This document shows positions 28,041 to 54,655 of a stretch of DNA of 64,000 nucleotides, piece by piece. Under the pieces are notes generated by a model. That model was not told where the DNA came from. It did not search any database and saw only the letters and a program-made list of their open reading frames with translations. This DNA comes from the human T2T-CHM13v2.0 reference genome, Homo sapiens. A program made the translations under genes and the position numbers. The stretch is taken from the NCBI RefSeq assembly GCF_009914755.1, contig NC_060929.1; one strand, given 5' to 3'. Within the stretch, counting starts at the first letter, position 1, and each line of letters starts with the position of its first letter.

Positions 28041-29932
28041 TTACAGGCATGAGCCACCACGCCCAGCCAACTTTTGTATTTTTGTATTTCACCATGTTGA
28101 CCAGTCTGGTCTCTAACTCCTGACCTCAGGTGATCTGCCTGCCTCGGCCCCCTATAGTACTGGGATTACAGGAGTGAACCACCGTGCCTGGCCGAGTTTT
28201 TGTGTATTAAGTTATATTTGTTTTAATTTCGGGGAAGTTCATTAATTTTCCTTTGGAAAAATACTGTGGATCACATCCTTTTTCCCTTTGGAAGGGAAGT
28301 TAACATGAGGACAGTGTTGAAGCTGATGAGTGGCTGTTGGAGCAAATGCATGCTTGATAAGCAGTTTGAGCCTGTTATGAAATAAAATTATCTAGTTTTA
28401 GGACAAGGTTTTTATGTGGGTATATTTTACTTTAAATTGAAAATAAGGTTTATTTTTTCTCTAAAGGTCTGGAGCATGGCTAGATATAAGAGACATGGCA
28501 TGTTGATGCTGAGCTCTGGGTGTGAAGAGATCCCCAGACACGGATTTGTGTGATAGTCACTTGAGTACTGCACTAGTGTTGAGTGGTGTTCAGGGGCTAC
28601 CAGACAGCTGTTCAGAAGAACCTTACAGTATATGAAAGCAGGAACAGAGCTTAGCCAGCTAGGCCTAATTGGCCTGGCTCTGTATGTACAGTGGGTCTGT
28701 TTTAAGGGATTTAAAAATCCTTGTTTTGTGGCTTTGATTAGAAATAAGAATTTTGTATAGAATGATTTCTGTTAGCTGATTACAGGTGAAAAACTAAATG
28801 GCTTTTCTCTTTCATCTCCTGTAATATATTTGTTTTTCTAAATAAGAATGGGCCTGAGGTGAAATGTTAGGGATAGGTACTGACACAAACTGACCAAGAG
28901 AATGTTAACAGGTGGGCAATAATTTGCCGTTACCAAATTAATTAAAACTATTTTGTAATGAGCTTCAGATTATGTTGTATTTGTCCCTGCAAGTTTACTT
29001 ATTGATTTGTTTCACACTAATTCTTTGTTCCCTGTTTAAGTGGACAATCTTATTTTTTCAAGTGTTTATGGTTGGAATATGCTAACTAATTCCTTTTCCT
29101 TTTTTTTTTTTTTTTTTTTTAAATAAGGATCTTGCTCTGTTGCCCAGAGCGACAGTGGCTGGAGTGCCGTGGCATGACCACAGCTCACTGCAGCCTTAAC
29201 CTCCCTGGCCCAAGCAATCCTCCCATCTCAGTCTCTCTAGTAGCTGGGACTACAGGCGCAGGCCACTACTCCCAGCTAATTTTTGTATTCTTTGTAGAAA
29301 TGGGGTTTCACCATGTTGCCCAGGGTGGTCTCGAACTCCTGGGCTCAAGCATTCTGCCCATTTTGGCCTCCCAAAGTGCTAGGATTACAGGCATGAACCA
29401 CCGGGCCTGGCCCCCTAATTCATTTTCAAGTAGTTATTGTTATTGCAGGCCTGGAATGACTTTCTGCATGTTATGTATGTGGTATGACTTTTGGAAGAAT
29501 GTACCCTAAAGTTATCACCTAGTAATGATATATTTCTCTAAGAGTTCCATTGAGGGTTCATTTTCCAGCGATTCTGTGATTGGATGTGGTTTTTTTGTTT
29601 GTTCATTTGTTTGTTTTAGATGGAGCCTTGCTCTGTCGCCCAGGCTGGAGTGCAATGGTGCGATCTTGGCTCACAGCAACCTCTGCCCCCCCGGGTTCAA
29701 GCGATTCTCCTGCCTCAGCCTCCCGAGTAGCTGGGATTACAGGCATGCACAACCACACCTGGCTAATTTTTTTGTATTTGTTAGTTAGACGGGGCTTCAC
29801 CATGTTGGATCAGGCTGGTCTCAAACTCTTGACCTCATGATCCGCCTTCCTTGGCCTCCCAAAGTGCTGGGATTACAGGCGTGAGCCACTGCGCCTGGCC
29901 CAGGATGCTTTTTTTTTTTTTTTTTTTTTTGA

Positions 29933-30267
<335 letters not shown>

Positions 30268-32264
30268 TGATCTCTACTTTCTGACTGGTAGGACTAGTCT
30301 GGAGTAGGGTACACCTAGACAAATGAAGGACACCCAGGGAGTGAGAGAGAGTCATCCTCACAGAAGGACTAGTGCAGAGGCCAAGCAAAGTTCAGACACT
30401 AAGTTCCAGAACCAAGTAGTTCAATGCAGAAGCCAGGGTTGGAAATGACCTTAAAACAAGTCAAGGTCAAACTGGCGGCATGTTGAACAACCAGCATGAT
30501 TAAAGCAGCAGAGTATATGGTATTGCTGGTGGTAGAAGGTGCTTAGGAGCATTTTAGAAAGTGTTAACCAACTGGATTTAGATTAGTTCTATAGGCCTCA
30601 GGAGAGGATAGGCATGTGTCCCAGATACATGGTACTAGGTTTTATTGGGAAAGTACAACCATAGTAAAGCTGTGTATGTTAGTCTTAAGTCACTGCTGTA
30701 GAATGTTAGCAGGAATATAAATATATCCTTTCTAGCTAATTTTCTTTTTCTTTTTCTTTTTTCTTTCTTTTTTTTTTTTTTTTTGAGATAGAGCTTCGCT
30801 CTTTGACCCAGTTGGAGTGCAGTGGCACGATCTCAGCTCACTGCAACCTCCACACCCCCAGATTCAAGCGATTCTCCTGCCTCAGCCTCCCGAGTAGCTG
30901 GGATTATAGGCATGGACCACCATGTCCGGCTAATTTTTGTATTTTTAGCAGAGATGGGGTTTCGCCATGTTGGCCAGGCTGGTCTTGAACTCCTGGCCTC
31001 ATATGATCCACCCGCTGCAGCCTCCCAAAGTGCTGGGATTACAAGAGTGAGCCACTGCACCCAGCCTGGCTAATTTTCTTTTTAATGGCCAGATACTTGA
31101 TTACACCTGGTTACTTGTTAGACCAATAAAATTCAAGCTTACTTGAAATGAAAGCTAATTTGGTTTATTAAGGGAGGAAATTCTTAATTAGCATAGAATG
31201 CCAGTTACATTTATAAAACTTTATTTTTTTCTGGTTGCAGTTAGAGTTTGGTTCTTCTGTAAAACATCTAAAGCAAATGGGTATGTTTTGTGACTTATTT
31301 TCAGGAGCGTGTATATTTCTAGTATTAGATTCACATGTTGAATTTAACATAGGAAGATCTCCTTATCTGGAATAGAAATAGTTTAATCAGGCAGGTGGAT
31401 AACACAACAAATCCAGTCAGGAAATGGACTCAAAGTAAATGTATACTAATATCTTAAGTGTTAGATAGCTTCTAGTAATTTAGGATTCCTATCTAAATTG
31501 CTCTGTGTTTGGAGGCATTGTCAGATGTCATTCTGTGCTTAGGTGATAGCTGCAGCAAGTCCATGTATGTATGTTTTAGGATATCAGTTCTACAGGTTTC
31601 TGCACTTTGACTATGTGCTGATAATTACACTTGGACTTTCTACATTATATTGATGAATGAAAAATAATATGGTTAGAAAATTATGACAAGAATATGTTCA
31701 GAATATTAACTCACTGCATGGCTCCCCATGTATCCTTGACAACTCATGTGACATAGAAGACTCATTGATTTGGCTGAGTGCAGTGGCTCATGCTGGTAAT
31801 CGCAGCACTTCGGGAGGCTGAGGCGGACAGGTCACTTGAGCCCAGGAGTTTGAAACCAGCCGGGGCAACATAGGAAAACCCTGTCTTCCCATCTGCCCCA
31901 GCAAAATACAGAAATTAGCCGGGCGTAGTGGCACATGTGTATACTCCCAGCTTCTTGGGGGACTGAGATGGGAGGATTGTTTGAACCCAGGAGGTGTAAG
32001 TTACAGTCAGCCATGATCGTGGAGGATTGCTTGAACCCAGGAGGTAGAGGTTGCAGTGAGCCGTGATTGTGCCACTGCACTCCAGTCTGGGCAACAGAGC
32101 GAGACCGTCTCAAAACAAACAAACAAACAAACAAACAAACAAACAAGCTGGGCGCGGTGGCTCACCGAGCCTGTAATCCCAGCACTTTGGGAGGCCAAGG
32201 CGGTTGGATCACGAGGTCAGTAGTTGACCATCCTGGCCAACACGGTGAAACCCCGTCTCTACTA

Positions 32265-32516
<252 letters not shown>

Positions 32517-32606
32517 TCATGATTCATTCAGCCTGGGAAATTGGTAGGAAGAAAGAGAGGATACCCATGCATGTGAGTTTTAGAGATTATAGAAGCATCA
32601 GTTATT

Positions 32607-32770
32607 ATTTTTTTCTTCTTGGAAGAGACATGATATTTTACATAGGATGAAAAAAGAGAAGTTGTGTGTGTCTGTGTGTGTGATTTTTTTTCCTTCCTGG
32701 AAAACACATGATACATTTTACATAGGATGAAAAAAGAGAAGTGTGTGTGTGTGTGTGTGTGTGCGTGTGC
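32607..32770. repeat. 80-bp tandem duplication ending in (TG)n
   Basis: CATAGGATGAAAAAAGAGAAG at 32641 and 32721. Confidence 0.92.
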
Positions 32771-34593
32771 TTGTAACATTTAGCAAAATAGTCATTATCT
32801 GAGTTTTCTGTGCAGAAGATGTAGGAATAATAAGTCATGGGCCTTGCCCTCAAAGGGTTTACAGTCTCTTGAGGTAGCTAAGCATATCCACAAATACAGG
32901 GATTTGTATGATCAATGCACTGTAAGTGCTGTATATGCAAGAGGAAGAGATAGTAGTCAGTTCTTCTCTCTTTATTAGCCACTTCATGATGCATTGACTT
33001 TTTTTTTTTTTTTTTGAGACGGAGTCTCGCTGTCGCCCAGGCTGGAGTGCAGTGGCGCAATCTCGGCTCACTGCAGGCTCCGCCCCCTGGGGTTCACGCC
33101 ATTCTCCTGCCTCAGCCTCCCGAGTAGCTGGGACTACAGGCGCCCGCCACCTCGCCCGGCTAATTTTTTGTATTTTTAGTAGAGACGGGGTTTCACCGTG
33201 TTAGCCAGGATGGTCTCGATCTCCTGACCTCGTGATCCGCCTGCCTCCCAAACTGCTGGGATTACAGGCGTGAGCCACCGCGCCCGGCCGCGATGCATTG
33301 ACTTTTTCACTGTTAATATTGTGGCCTAAGGAGGAAGAGGAAAAATATATGAACACAGAACAATTTGTTTGTGGAGTTAAAGGGCTCACAATGTAAGGAC
33401 AGCTGTAAGAACTGTCTGCCCTGAGCTCCCAGTGCAGGTAGCCCCACAAGTCCCTTTTCATCATTTTACTTCAGCATCTGCAAGATAAGTCTTTATGCTA
33501 CCTAGACAGCTACACACCTAAGTGTGGTGACATGGCCTAGTGCCTGACCCTGAGCAGTAAAGGTACTGAGGGTCCAGAAGAAGGAAGGGAATACTAAAAA
33601 CGCACTTAGTTGGGACCCTGTCTTATTTATTTATCTTTCTCTTCCTGGTAGTACATAGTAGATACTCGGTAATGTCTGCTGGATTAGGTAAATATGTCTC
33701 AAAACTAGGGACCTGGACTGAGCCTTTCCGCACCGTCTCGAAACTCTCCTGTGTACCTGTGCATAAGAGTGCATATAAATGCCACTGTACATTTGTGTGG
33801 GTTAGAAAAAGCAAAAGTGTGTTCATAACCTCTTATGAGAAGAGACTATAAATTACTTTGCACCAAGGGCGGTAGCTGACTCTTGAGTTCTCTTCAGTGC
33901 CTGGTACAATGCCTGCTGCCCACCTGCTTGTGAAGGCTGTGGTGGCTTGTACAGGCACTGCAGGGCAGATCTAGATTGACTATTTGGGTCTCAGAATAAC
34001 CTGGGTCCTCTGTAACAGAGGCTGAGTACTTATCTTTTCATGAGTTGTTATATTAAAGTAAAATTGTAAGCACTGCTTTCCTGTGGCTTGCTTCTTTCAT
34101 TTTTTAACAGAAATTTTATTGAGTATCCCCACCCTATACCAGACATTGCCAGGCACTGAGGATCTGAAGGTAATCTCATTTTACCCACATTCCAGTGTAG
34201 GAGACAGACATGGAATCTTAAATTTTAAAAAGATGTATATACCATGCACCATATGAGAATGATGCACCAAGTGCTGTGGAGCCCAGAAAGGTACATGATT
34301 TTTTTCTGCTAGGAGAGGTAAAGCAGGGAAGCATTACAGAGGAAGGATGACATTTGTTCCATCCTTGGTCTTAGTTTCCAATGGCAGTTGGTTAGGAATT
34401 AGATGGAGTTAGGAATGGGAATAGATGGCATGGAGTGGGGGAGAGTGAAGTCCGAGGCTCAGAAGGTCTTTAGGACTTAGACCTGAAGGGCTTTCTAGGG
34501 GGACTGCCATGCCAAGGAGCTTGCATATTTCTTGGTGGTCAGAAGTTTTCAAACTGTTTTGCAGAAAACTAGGACTGTTGGGATGGGGCTTGA

Positions 34594-38365
<3,772 letters not shown>

Positions 38366-38763
38366 TGATATCCTGACTTACAGTTCCTGTATGTTTTGGC
38401 TTATAATATGCATTATATTTAAAAAATGAATTTTCATTTCTTCAAAAATATCCTGTGTTAGTGTGCCTCTTTATAGAACAAGGGGGACATGCAGTCTCAC
38501 TCAAGGACAAGCAGGATTCTGGTACATTGGTCTTTAATATGGACGTCTTTGACCCATAGTTATTAGTAATCATGTGACATTGAAAGAGAATGTTAGCCAA
38601 CAAAAACTCTAGATCCAGTGCTTGTGAATTGCTTCTCTAATTTTGATAGGTGATGGGAGCCTTTATTTAAACTACTTCTTTTGTTTGTCCCTTCAGCAGA
38701 GAGGGAGAAGACCTCAAGTCATCAGTATGGTTTGATGTCTTATGCTTTTTAAATCTGTTCCAG

Positions 38764-38920
38764 CTATGCTAAGAAGGAATCTGATCTTAATGGCGCCCAG
38801 ATCAAGCTTCGAGAATATGAAGCAGCACTGAATTCGAAAGATGCAGCTCTTGCTACTGCACTTGGTGACAAAAAAAGTTTAGAGGGAGATTTGGAGGATC
38901 TGAAGGATCAGATTGCCCAG
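38764..38920 (+). CDS. LMNB1: Lamin B1 exon 2 (coil 1B)
   Basis: ttccag|CTATGCT ... GCCCAG|gtaagg. Reads (N)[52 protein letters not shown]. 157 nt restores phase 0. Confidence 0.98.
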
Positions 38921-39558
38921 GTAAGGTCAAGCCTACTCTTGAGCCGTATGTGACAGGTTAATTGCCTCATCTGCCTTAAGCCATAGTTTGATTGATTGAT
39001 TGATTTTCAAATGTATTTTATTTTTGAAATTTTATATATTTGTTTTCTGATGGTTTACTTGAAGAAAAGTCTTGAGGTAGCTAACATGCAAAACATTATC
39101 ACCTCCCAGGCATTATATCTGGATTGGCCAGATCTTGTGGTTCCCTTCTTCTTCCCTATTGTGCACACACTCATTCTGTCTCTGCTCTCAAAGCCTATTT
39201 TGTTAGTTAGGAAATAAGTAAGAAAAGAGATGCCAAAATGCTGCTCTCCACACAGGAAAAAATGAAAGTGGTTAGCTAAAATAACTAGTTTGATTTTTGA
39301 AATGTGAGTGAGTCATACGTCTCTGTTCTATTCCCTGTTGCCAATTAACAATTTGACTGGTCGTTTGGTATGATACTCTGTGGGTGGGACCAGCAAATGA
39401 ATACCCAGTTCTGTGATAAATGTTAAGATGAAGTAATTATACATTGATAAATATATAGGAATTTTAACACTTGATTTGATTTGATTCATAGATATCTTAT
39501 GTTCATTATTAAATGATTGCCATGTAATTTTTATCACAATTCTTTTTCCTTGTAATAG

Positions 39559-39708
<150 letters not shown>

Positions 39709-39847
39709 TAAAGGAATGGAGGGGTTCTAGAATGACTTTGTCATAGCTAAACATGTAATTATATTTTATTTATGATTTCTTTGCCACAAAAATATATCAG
39801 ATAAAGAAATAATAAGGTTTGGGGATGGGGAGAAATTTTGCAGGTAG

Positions 39848-43722
<3,875 letters not shown>

Positions 43723-43930
43723 TCACATAAATCTTTACATGAATTTATCACAACTGTTAAGTTTAACTTTCCATGTGCTGTTTTTTCAGAGATGTTCTTA
43801 AGATTATCAATGAAACAATTCAGAAAAATAATTTTTGCTTAGTGTTTAGTATAGTATACTGTGTATAAATCCTTGATTGCAGATAGTTTTAGTAGGCCAT
43901 CCAGGCCTTTCCTTGGCTTCAGAAAAATAA

Positions 43931-44386
<456 letters not shown>

Positions 44387-45775
44387 TAAAATCATTACTT
44401 CACAATTCCCATGATGAACATGGCTTTATGTTTATTTTGTTCTAGTTTTTAAAAATGATTCCCCTAGTCTCCATGAAATATATAGAAAATTGATTTTTTC
44501 AAAAAAGTGCAGTTTTCTATAAACTAAATGTTATTAAAAGTTACTAGAAGAATGTAGGGTTGTTGCAATTTTATTAGAGGTTAGGTTTTGTCTTTTTGTC
44601 CCATTGATCATTCGTACTATGCCATAGTAGTTGAACCCAAACCATGTGAAATAACTTTCTTCCAATAACAAGTACTGATCATGCTGTCCTACATAAACAT
44701 CCATTTAGTAATGAATGAATGTCAGACTGCATTAGATCTCACTTTCATGTCATCATTGTGCATAGATTGTGACTACCACACTTCCGGCTTTTTTGCATAA
44801 GGGCCAAATGGAAAGTCTCTGCTATTTCTTCTTCTGTCACTATTATTCACTTAAAAAAATATTGTAGAAACTTCCCACTTATATTAGCTGACCTTACAAG
44901 AATTCATAAAAATCACCAACTAGTACAGGCTTTCCCTGGTAAATGATTTTGCCTTGTGTTTTAAATGTTACATGATTTGATTAAAAAGACTTTTTTGTGG
45001 TTGACTTAGAATATTAGAGTCACAGAGTTATTGAAAATTTTCATTGCATGGCTTTAAACTGTTCATGTTGCTTTTTATCTATTGTATGAAGTAGCAGTTA
45101 GTGAAAGTGAAAGATCTTATTATAAGCAGTAACTTCAGTTGTATAACATTTATCTAATATCACACATTGAGCTAGACAGTGAAGGAGCTAAAGTAAGGAT
45201 CCGTCACAGACTGTGGCCTCACAGGGAGCCAGGGAGGAGACACAGGAGCATGTCCCTGAGACACACATACACAATAGTGTTATGGGATTTGTATTTTACT
45301 CAAGGAGTTTTTTTTGCTTCTGAAAGGAAGTGTTTCTATCTGGTTTGAACGAATCTATAAACTAGTATTTTCTGCTTGTTGGTTTACATTCTGTATTGGA
45401 TTTGGTGGGTTAGGGATATGTGATGTTTCTTTTCTTACAGACACCACCACAGTCAAGTTGCTATTGCCCAGTCTTCTTATTATCAGTGTTATCTTAGACA
45501 TTAAAGGTTTAATAGATGAAATATTGAAGTAATAAGCTTTGGGTAAAGGCCTAGGTATATTAGCATTCTTAAAGCTCATTATTTAGGAAGTGACTCTAAA
45601 AGTCACACAGAATTACCATCATTCACACCATATCAGCAAACTTCATGATGCTTTTCCTGTGTTTCATCTACCAGTTACCAGCAGGACTTAGGTTTGAAAT
45701 GCCTTGAGGTGAATCATGCTTCCTTTTTTGTTTCAGTTCTAGATAAGACTGACTATGCTTTGCTTCTTCTTTTAG

Positions 45776-45928
<153 letters not shown>

Positions 45929-46620
45929 TAGACTTGAAGGCTACCTTCACCACGGGCACCTACCTGCTTTGCTTGGGCTGATGTCACTCCTCCCTCTGTT
46001 TGTTACAGAGGATGGTGTCATCCTGTGCTTTCGTCTTCACAGTACTTTTCTAGATTCGTTCATTTTGCATTGCATAAACATCCTGTGAGCAGATACTATT
46101 GTTCCTAATTAGTAGATTACACAGAGCTAAGGGACTTGCCCTTGAGGAAGGAGCCTGCTAGTTTATTCACTGTACTTACCCTAGGACCCGGATCTTCCGA
46201 CCTGTCTAACAGCTTCATCTCTACAGAGTTATTCTCAACACCTTCCTTTTTTATATCATTTGAAAACCAAAATGAAGAAAAACATGCAAAAATTCTTTGT
46301 GGGTGGTGAATGCTTTGTGTTTCTAGACAAATTCTTTAGTGCTTAAAGTATATAACAATTAGGATCCAGGAAAGTAGCTTTAATTTGCATATTCCGATAA
46401 GAATTTAGTGACTCATTCATTCGTTGGTACGCCTAAGTGACAAATGGCATTATTGCCGGCTGTGTTGACTGGCTGCCTATCAGGGTGTGATGGTGTGCTT
46501 CAGGTGCTGCTTAAGCAGGCATGGACACTACTTCAGATCAGTTTTAGCCTAGGGTGATGTCAGTGTGGACACAAAGTACATATACTCCATATACTGCATT
46601 CAGAATGATTCAGCAATTAA

Positions 46621-48876
<2,256 letters not shown>

Positions 48877-50419
48877 GCAAGTTTTTTTTGTTAACCTTAT
48901 CTTAGTGGTTTTTAAGTAATGTTAGGCAGTGCACTGGGGGTTTCCAGGAGCTAACTCCTTAGCAGATAGGAGACGAGCAATCCCTTTAGCCAAAATAGTT
49001 TTTAATTTCTCTGGGGTGAATCTTTCCTCTGTTCATTATTGGTAACAGACTTTATGGTAAACAGTATATTTTGAGGAATATTTTTATTAGTTGATAAATT
49101 TTAGCCTTAGAAAAATCATCAAAAATAAAAATGTTATCTTTTTGAATATTTTCCTATTGTTTGTCTTAATAGTGTTTGTTGCTGAGTCATATCAGTTTCA
49201 TCATGCTGCCTATTAGGCCATAAGAATTTCCTTTTGGTTAAATAACTCAGGTTAGTGAAGTACTTCTTAAATTTTACTTAAAATTGACATGGCTTTAAAA
49301 TACTGGTTTTACAAGATATATTTAAATAATATATAGATGGTAGCAGTGTTATGTTTTGGAATTAGAAATTTTACATTGCTTATAGCATCTCTAGATTTTT
49401 GACTTGGGACCAAATGAATTGGTTGGTTAGAGTCTGCTTGCCTTAGAGAAGAGTACAGTATGGTACTTAAAAACACCTCTAACTTTTGTTTTTCTAACAC
49501 CCAGATTCTGGAGACTTTGGTTGCAGCTAGACCTTAATAAACCAGTACAATTACATTACATACTATAAAATATTTAAAAACCCCAAGATCATCAGAAGTC
49601 ATAAAATTTAGGGTTAGTGGCAAGATCTGAGAGATCATCTAGATAGTTAGAGCTCTTCATTTTCCTTATGTGGAAACTGGTTTAGTGAGATTAGTTACAG
49701 CTTGCTTATAGCCTCATAGGTAGTTTCAATGGCAGAATTAGAAAGGAGAATCTAGGTCTAACTTCTCATACTGTGTTCCTTATATTTCACTACACAGGTG
49801 TAAGTGCAGCTACTGAAAATAGAATTTAAATATTTCTATTTAAAATACAGAATGATTCAGAGTAACTTTAAAATTTTTATACCTAGATTTTGATTTTTCC
49901 CTCTTAAAGAGCTCTACAACATCAAAGGCAGTCAAACAGAGACATCATTGGGTTTATAAATCTCGGCTCAGGTTATCTGTGAATCTTGGGTAGTTTATAT
50001 CTCTCATCAACTCTCCTTTAGATTCTACCTTTTTGCCCATTCAAATATATCTTCTACCTCTGATATATGAAATAAAGGGAGGCATTTTGAACTTACATGA
50101 CTTTTTTTTTTTCTTTTGGAGAAAAAGAAAATACAAGGAACATGGTAGCGGGGAAATGGATTTCTCCATTTATAGCATGATTTTTGCAAACGCAGTTAAA
50201 TGCAAGTTCTCTGAGGTTCAGGGACTACCTTTGTAATATCCATCTTAAGAGGAGTGCCTGTCTAAATAGCATGTCAAGTCATATACTACTCTGGAATTTA
50301 ATTAATTGATTGGTCAATTTTTTTTCTTTAAAAATATATTTTTGTGTGTGCGTGTGAACCAGGCACCCCCTCTGCCCCCAAATAGGTTTACAGTGACTCT
50401 TGATTATTTTTTAAATAAC

Positions 50420-51790
50420 CTTGTTATTTTGGCATAATTTTAGATTTACAGAAAAGTTGGCAAAGTACTATAGACAGTTCTTGTTTTCCTCTCACCCATT
50501 TTCCCCTGTTGTTAGCATCTTATGTTACCATAGTATATTTGTCAAAACTAAGAAACTGACATTGGTATATTACTGTGAACTCGTCTCCAGACTATTTGGA
50601 TTTCACCAGTTCTTCTGTTATCTTCTTTCTGTTCCAGGTGCCACATGCCTCCCCTGGTCTGTGACAGTTTCTTGGGCTTTCCTTGTTTTTTATGAGCTTG
50701 AGTCTTGAGTAAGATTGTCCAGGTATCCTGTAGACTGTCCCCCAATTTGGATTTGTCCGGTGCTTTTCACGTGATTAGACTGGGGTTTTGGGTTTTAAGT
50801 GCCCGTTTTGTCACATCGTATCAGGGATTGCACGTATGTGATAACCACATGACATCACTGGTGGTGTTTGGTTTAAGATAGTGTTTGTCAGGTTTCTCCA
50901 CTGTCAACAGCGCTACTATTTTTCCGTTCCCATACACTGTTCATGGAAAACAGCTCACTAAGTCCAGCCTACCCTCAAGGGTGAAGGACAGGGCAGGACT
51001 TAAGCGCCACATTCTGGAGGGAAATCTACATTTATTAAATGGCATTCTTCTGTAAAGATTTATCCATTCCCCGTTTGTTTGTTTGTTTGTTTGTTTGTTT
51101 GTGTCCGTATGGACCATGGGCATTTACTTTATACTTTGGGTTGTAAGCTAATACTGCAGTATTTACTTTTTTGGCTTAAATTGTTTCATATTTGGCCACT
51201 GGGAGTTCTGTCAGCTTGGCCACTATGTCCCATTGTTTTTTGAGCACTTTGTTGCTTTCTGGTACTATAACATGCTCTAGGCTCATCTTGCATTTTCCCT
51301 GCCCCAGTCCTAGAATTATCCAGTCTCCAAGGAGCCCTGGTTCTTGTTATTGGAGAATGGTATATAGAAATTAAGATCTGGGCACTGAGTGTGCTCACTG
51401 GTACTGGGTATCACTGCTTCTTGGCCCTCTCACCGATAAAAGTGGGTAACATTTTATGTATGCTAACCCATGTGTATGCACATATTTATAACTTTTTCTG
51501 TCTAATCATTTGTGTTAAGATAAACATGAATTCATACAGATGTCTCTGACTTGAATCTAGTAGGACAGCATTCAATTTTGGCTTCCTTTCTGACATACCT
51601 GTATCTTTTCTCTCTCAGAGTGAGAAACCTGGTTTTTATCATCCATTTACTTATCTGTTCAGCCCCAGTATATGTTAAAGCAGTTTCAAAATTTTGAACC
51701 TGTACTGCTGTGAAAAGTAAATTTACCAGCAAGAGTACAGTTTTTATGTATTTGGTAGCTCCTTTTTATCTCTAGCCTTCTAGATTTAGT
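50420..51790 (-). mobile_element. Old L1M (MC/MD-type) 3' fragment
   Basis: ATAATTTTAGATTTACAGAAAAGTTG...; CATCTTGCATTTTCCCTGCCCCAG..CTAGAAT..CCA..TCTCCAAGGAGCCCTGGTTC. Confidence 0.8.
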
Positions 51791-52190
51791 TTTTGCACAT
51801 TAGATGCCCTTTCTCTCCTGCTCTGTTGCAGGTACTTGTGATTCTGAGGGCCTAAGCTATCCATCAGTCTTTTTGAGTTGTCACTTTCTGAGGCTACTGA
51901 GATGAATTCTGTCATGGAGAAACACAGAAGAATAATTACCCAGCGAGCCACAAGGTTTCTAAGATGAACTTTCTGGTGTAGGATGTGTGATTTTTAATTT
52001 TTTTATGCCAAATATACAGCTTCTATATTCACAGTAATACTTTACAAATCACCCTATATTGTGTGTCCTTTGTGTGCTAACTGAACATGAGATAGCCCAG
52101 CAATCCTAAAGGGACACTAGGTAGTGCCTTCCACATAGTAACCAGAGTCCCTTTGCCTTGGTTTCTGAATATTCCTCAGCAGTCTGCTAA

Positions 52191-52559
<369 letters not shown>

Positions 52560-52863
52560 TAAGTTCTTTATTTAATTTATACTTTTGGAAGTAAAGGCTT
52601 TGTAAGGGAGCCAGACTTGACTTTTACCAAAACCACATCTTAACATTTTTTTGGCTAAGTACAGAAAAATTATATGTATATTTACAGAACTTACATTTGT
52701 GGAATATGTCTTTTATTCTTTTATCAGCCAAAACTATCCTGAGGTCTGTGTTTTGTATTTGAGGAATTTTGGGTTTTAATTTCTTAAAATCTCTTGAATT
52801 CTAGTGAGTTAGAGATTCCATAGGGTTGTACTGTTTTCCAGTCTAGGAAATGATTTAAAATAG

Positions 52864-53145
<282 letters not shown>

Positions 53146-53460
53146 TAAGGAACTTAAGGGTCACCCTACCTTATGGTCCACTTTTTGCCTCTCACCCTTT
53201 TTATTGAAATAAAAATAAATAGCATTTTAAAAAGAACTTTATTTTCTTGGTCATTTCTTTGAACACCTAGGTATAGAAGTAGTAATAGATCATATTTCTA
53301 CCTCATCGCAGAAAATGTTGCTCAAGTACTCTTAGTTTATTTATTATTATTACTTTAAATGCTGAACTGCATCAGGATGGATTAGTTCCTTTGAGATTTT
53401 AAGTGTTTTGGTGATTTAATATATTGTAAAATGCCAAACTGGCTGAAAGAGACTTTACAT

Positions 53461-53508
<48 letters not shown>

Positions 53509-53768
53509 TTTTTGAGACAGAGTCTCAGCCTGTTGCCCAGGCTAGAGTGCAGTGGTGTGATTCTCGGCTCACTGCAACCTTCACCTCCTGGTTTCAAGCG
53601 ATTTGCCTACCTCAGCCTCCTGAGTAACTGGGATTACAGGCGTGTGTCACCACACCCGGCTAATTTTGTTTTTAGTAGAGAAGAGGTTTCACCATGTTGG
53701 CCAGGCTGGTCTCAAACTCCTGACTGCAAGTGACCCACCCGCCTCAGCCTCCCAAAGTGCTAGGATTA

Positions 53769-54336
<568 letters not shown>

Positions 54337-54493
54337 TTACCAGACTTCTTGCATTATGGTTATATTACTTCCATCCCTAGAGAAAACATTCAGATTGTTA
54401 TTTTTTAAAAAAGAAAATTGACGATGGGCACCTTATGAAGAAGTTTACATTAGTTAAGGTAAACTTTGGCTTTGGCTAACAGATTGTAAGTAA

Positions 54494-54655
<162 letters not shown>

